Below, piece by piece: positions 61,846-64,000 of a DNA stretch of 64,000 nt. The stretch is from Clostridia bacterium (GTDB taxonomy: Bacteria; Bacillota; Clostridia; UBA1212; UBA1255), in the NCBI GenBank assembly GCA_017517275.1, contig JAFWZX010000012.1:52434-116433 (forward strand), written 5' to 3'. The number at the start of each line of letters is the position of its first letter. The stretch's first letter is position 1. The notes beneath the pieces were generated by a model. The model ran no database searches. It saw only the letters and a list, made by a program, of their open reading frames with translations, and was not told where the DNA came from. The position numbers and the translations under genes were made by a program.

Positions 61846-63780
61846 ATGGATAATAAATATTTTGAATATTACGATAGTTATGATATTGCGGTTATCGGTG
61901 CGGGACATGCCGGATGCGAAGCTGCTCTTGCAGCTTCGCGGCTTGGATACAAGACGGTTATTTTTGGCATAAACATCGATAGTATTGCTAATATGGCATG
62001 TAATCCAAGTATTGGCGGTACTGCAAAAGGACAGCTTGTAAGAGAGATTGATGCTCTCGGAGGAGAAATGGGTCGTGCAGCAGATCTTAACGCTATCCAA
62101 ACAAAGCTGTTAAATAAAGCAAAAGGACCTGCCGTGTATTCTCCGCGAGCACAGATTGACAGAAAAAGGTACCAAATGTACATGAAAAACGTATTGGAAT
62201 GTCAAGAAAATCTTGATTTGAAACAGGCGGAGATTACGAGGATCCTTGTTGAAAAAGACGAATCAGGAAAACAATACGTTACAGGTGTGCAAACACATCT
62301 GGGCGGTATATATAAATGCAAGTGCGCTATCGCTTGCACCGGTACGTATTTAAAGGGAAAAATTATAATAGGTGATTATAGTAGAAACAGTGGTCCTGAC
62401 GGTCATTTCCCGGCAAACGAATTATCAGAATGTTTAGCAGAGTTTGGCCATACTATTGTTCGTTTCAAAACGGGAACACCTCCGAGAATTAATGGATTAT
62501 CAGTTAATTTTGATAAAATGGAGCCTCAATACGGAGACGAGCAACCTTTTTCTTTTTCCTTTGATGAGTATAAAAGCGATCTTGAGCAGGTGCCGTGTTA
62601 TCTTTCACATACAACGGAAGAAACGCATAACATCATAAAGGCGAATCTTGACAGATCTCCATTATTTAATGGTGCGATTGAAGGAGTAGGTCCCAGATAT
62701 TGCCCGTCAATTGAGGATAAAATTGTCAGATTTGCTGACAAAGAAAGGCATCAGATGTTCTTAGAGCCGATGGGAAGCGATACCCAGGAAATGTATATGC
62801 AGGGTATTTCATCCAGTCTGCCGGAAGATGTTCAGCTCGCTTTCGTCAGAACAATAACGGGATTAGAGAATGTAAGTGTGATGCGTCCGGCATATGCAAT
62901 TGAATACGATGCAATCGACGCACGTGAGCTTAAGCTATCTTTAGAAAGCAGGATAGTCAATGGACTTTTTTGCGCAGGGCAAATAAACGGATCTTCCGGC
63001 TATGAAGAGGCAGCAGGTCAAGGGCTTATTGCAGGAATTAATGCGTCAAGAAAGCTTGCTGCAAAAGAACCTGTTGTTATTGACAGAGCAACTGCGTATA
63101 TCGGAGTATTAATTGATGATCTTGTAACAAGAGGAACAAAAGAACCGTATAGAATGATGACGGCAAGATCAGAATACAGATTAGTATTAAGGCAGGATAA
63201 TGCAGATGCCAGATTAACACAGCTTGGATATGAAATCGGACTGATTTCTCAGGAAAGATATGATAGATTCCGCCAAAAAATGGAGAGAATAAGCAATGAA
63301 ATTATCAGAATAACAGAGACACACATTTCACCAAGCGCCACAGTGAACGCGTATATAGAAAGCTTAGGAACAGCTGCAATTAAAAGCGGTAACACATCCT
63401 TGCTTGATTTATTGAAGCGCCCGGAAATAACATATCAAGACGTTTGTATAATAGAAGATATGGCACATCCGGAAAACAACAGAAAAGAATTATCGTTCAG
63501 AGAAATTGAACAGATTGAAATAACAGTGAAATACGAAGGATATATCAAACGTCAGCTGTCTCAGATTGATCAATTTAAAAAGACAGAAGGCCGTGCACTT
63601 CCACAGGATTTCGATTATAGTAAAATTAAAAATATTAGCCTTGAGGCAAGAGAAAAACTTACTAAGATTCAACCTGAGACAATTGGTCAAGCCGGAAGAA
63701 TTACGGGTGTTTCACCGGCAGATATTACTGCATTATTGATTTATTTTAATCAGAATCCCACAGGAGAGACAAAAAAATGA
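61846..63780 (+). CDS. mnmG: tRNA uridine 5-carboxymethylaminomethyl modification enzyme MnmG (GidA)
   Basis: FAD-binding [12 protein letters not shown], and 644 aa. Confidence 0.95.
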   Translation: MDNKYFEYYDSYDIAVIGAGHAGCEAALAASRLGYKTVIFGINIDSIANMACNPSIGGTAKGQLVREIDALGGEMGRAADLNAIQTKLLNKAKGPAVYSPRAQIDRKRYQMYMKNVLECQENLDLKQAEITRILVEKDESGKQYVTGVQTHLGGIYKCKCAIACTGTYLKGKIIIGDYSRNSGPDGHFPANELSECLAEFGHTIVRFKTGTPPRINGLSVNFDKMEPQYGDEQPFSFSFDEYKSDLEQVPCYLSHTTEETHNIIKANLDRSPLFNGAIEGVGPRYCPSIEDKIVRFADKERHQMFLEPMGSDTQEMYMQGISSSLPEDVQLAFVRTITGLENVSVMRPAYAIEYDAIDARELKLSLESRIVNGLFCAGQINGSSGYEEAAGQGLIAGINASRKLAAKEPVVIDRATAYIGVLIDDLVTRGTKEPYRMMTARSEYRLVLRQDNADARLTQLGYEIGLISQERYDRFRQKMERISNEIIRITETHISPSATVNAYIESLGTAAIKSGNTSLLDLLKRPEITYQDVCIIEDMAHPENNRKELSFREIEQIEITVKYEGYIKRQLSQIDQFKKTEGRALPQDFDYSKIKNISLEAREKLTKIQPETIGQAGRITGVSPADITALLIYFNQNPTGETKK

Positions 63781-64000
63781 CTGAATACAGCAAAAAAATA
63801 CTGACAGAAGGTTTTTCTCAGTTCGGTGTGAAGGCATCAGACGAGCAGATATCTCAGCTGGAGAAATATATGGATTTTCTGTTAGAACAGAATAAAGTAA
63901 TGAATCTGACGGCAATCACAGATGAAAAAGAGTTTGTTATAAAACATTTTGTTGACAGCGTAAGTATAATTCCTTCACTTAATGAATATAATGTCAAGTC
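63777..64000 (+). CDS. rsmG: 16S rRNA (guanine527-N7)-methyltransferase RsmG (GidB), 3' end truncated by the window
   Basis: ATGA overlap with mnmG; N-terminus …[20 protein letters not shown] is typical of RsmG. Confidence 0.8.
   Translation, partial: MTEYSKKILTEGFSQFGVKASDEQISQLEKYMDFLLEQNKVMNLTAITDEKEFVIKHFVDSVSIIPSLNEYNVK

Overview
The window is a 64 kb stretch of chromosome around the replication origin of a low-GC Firmicute. Gene content (Spo0A, YpeB, SpoIIIJ/YidC, Jag, RemB) points to class Clostridia, probably a Ruminococcaceae/Oscillospiraceae-type organism. The right third carries the canonical origin block. On the + strand: rpmH-rnpA-yidD-yidC-jag-mnmE-mnmG-rsmG. On the - strand: dnaA, oriC DnaA-box cluster, dnaN, recF, remB, gyrB, then parA-parB-DUF4446-pth-mfd. 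The middle holds housekeeping genes (tig, clpP, clpX, uppP, tsaD, murA, rlmH, ispE, rpmE, hpf, rnz, a zur-znuACB zinc-uptake operon, and an M29 aminopeptidase) mixed with accessory genes. The left end is a 9-10 gene minus-strand operon. It starts with an MBL-fold hydrolase, then two TIM-barrel sugar isomerase/epimerases and two Gfo/Idh/MocA oxidoreductases, then uxaC-uxuA-uxuB, then a large partial glycoside hydrolase. This looks like a hexuronate/oxidative sugar-acid catabolic locus. Things worth a second look are as follows. (1) dnaA is interrupted by an in-frame TAA at codon 62. (2) A cluster of Spo0A-related regulators: an XRE regulator overlapping a Spo0A C-domain-only protein, and nearby a Spo0A paralog whose receiver domain has Asn in place of the phospho-acceptor Asp. 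(3) Four paralogous ComEC-type MBL-fold proteins, including a tandem lipoprotein pair in which one copy has lost its metal-ligand motif and which is translationally coupled to RNase Z. (4) An AT-rich island with two Tyr-rich lipoproteins and a start-less, frameshifted small ORF. (5) An atypical origin-region synteny with parAB downstream of gyrB and no gyrA. No CRISPR array, rRNA or tRNA was recognised.
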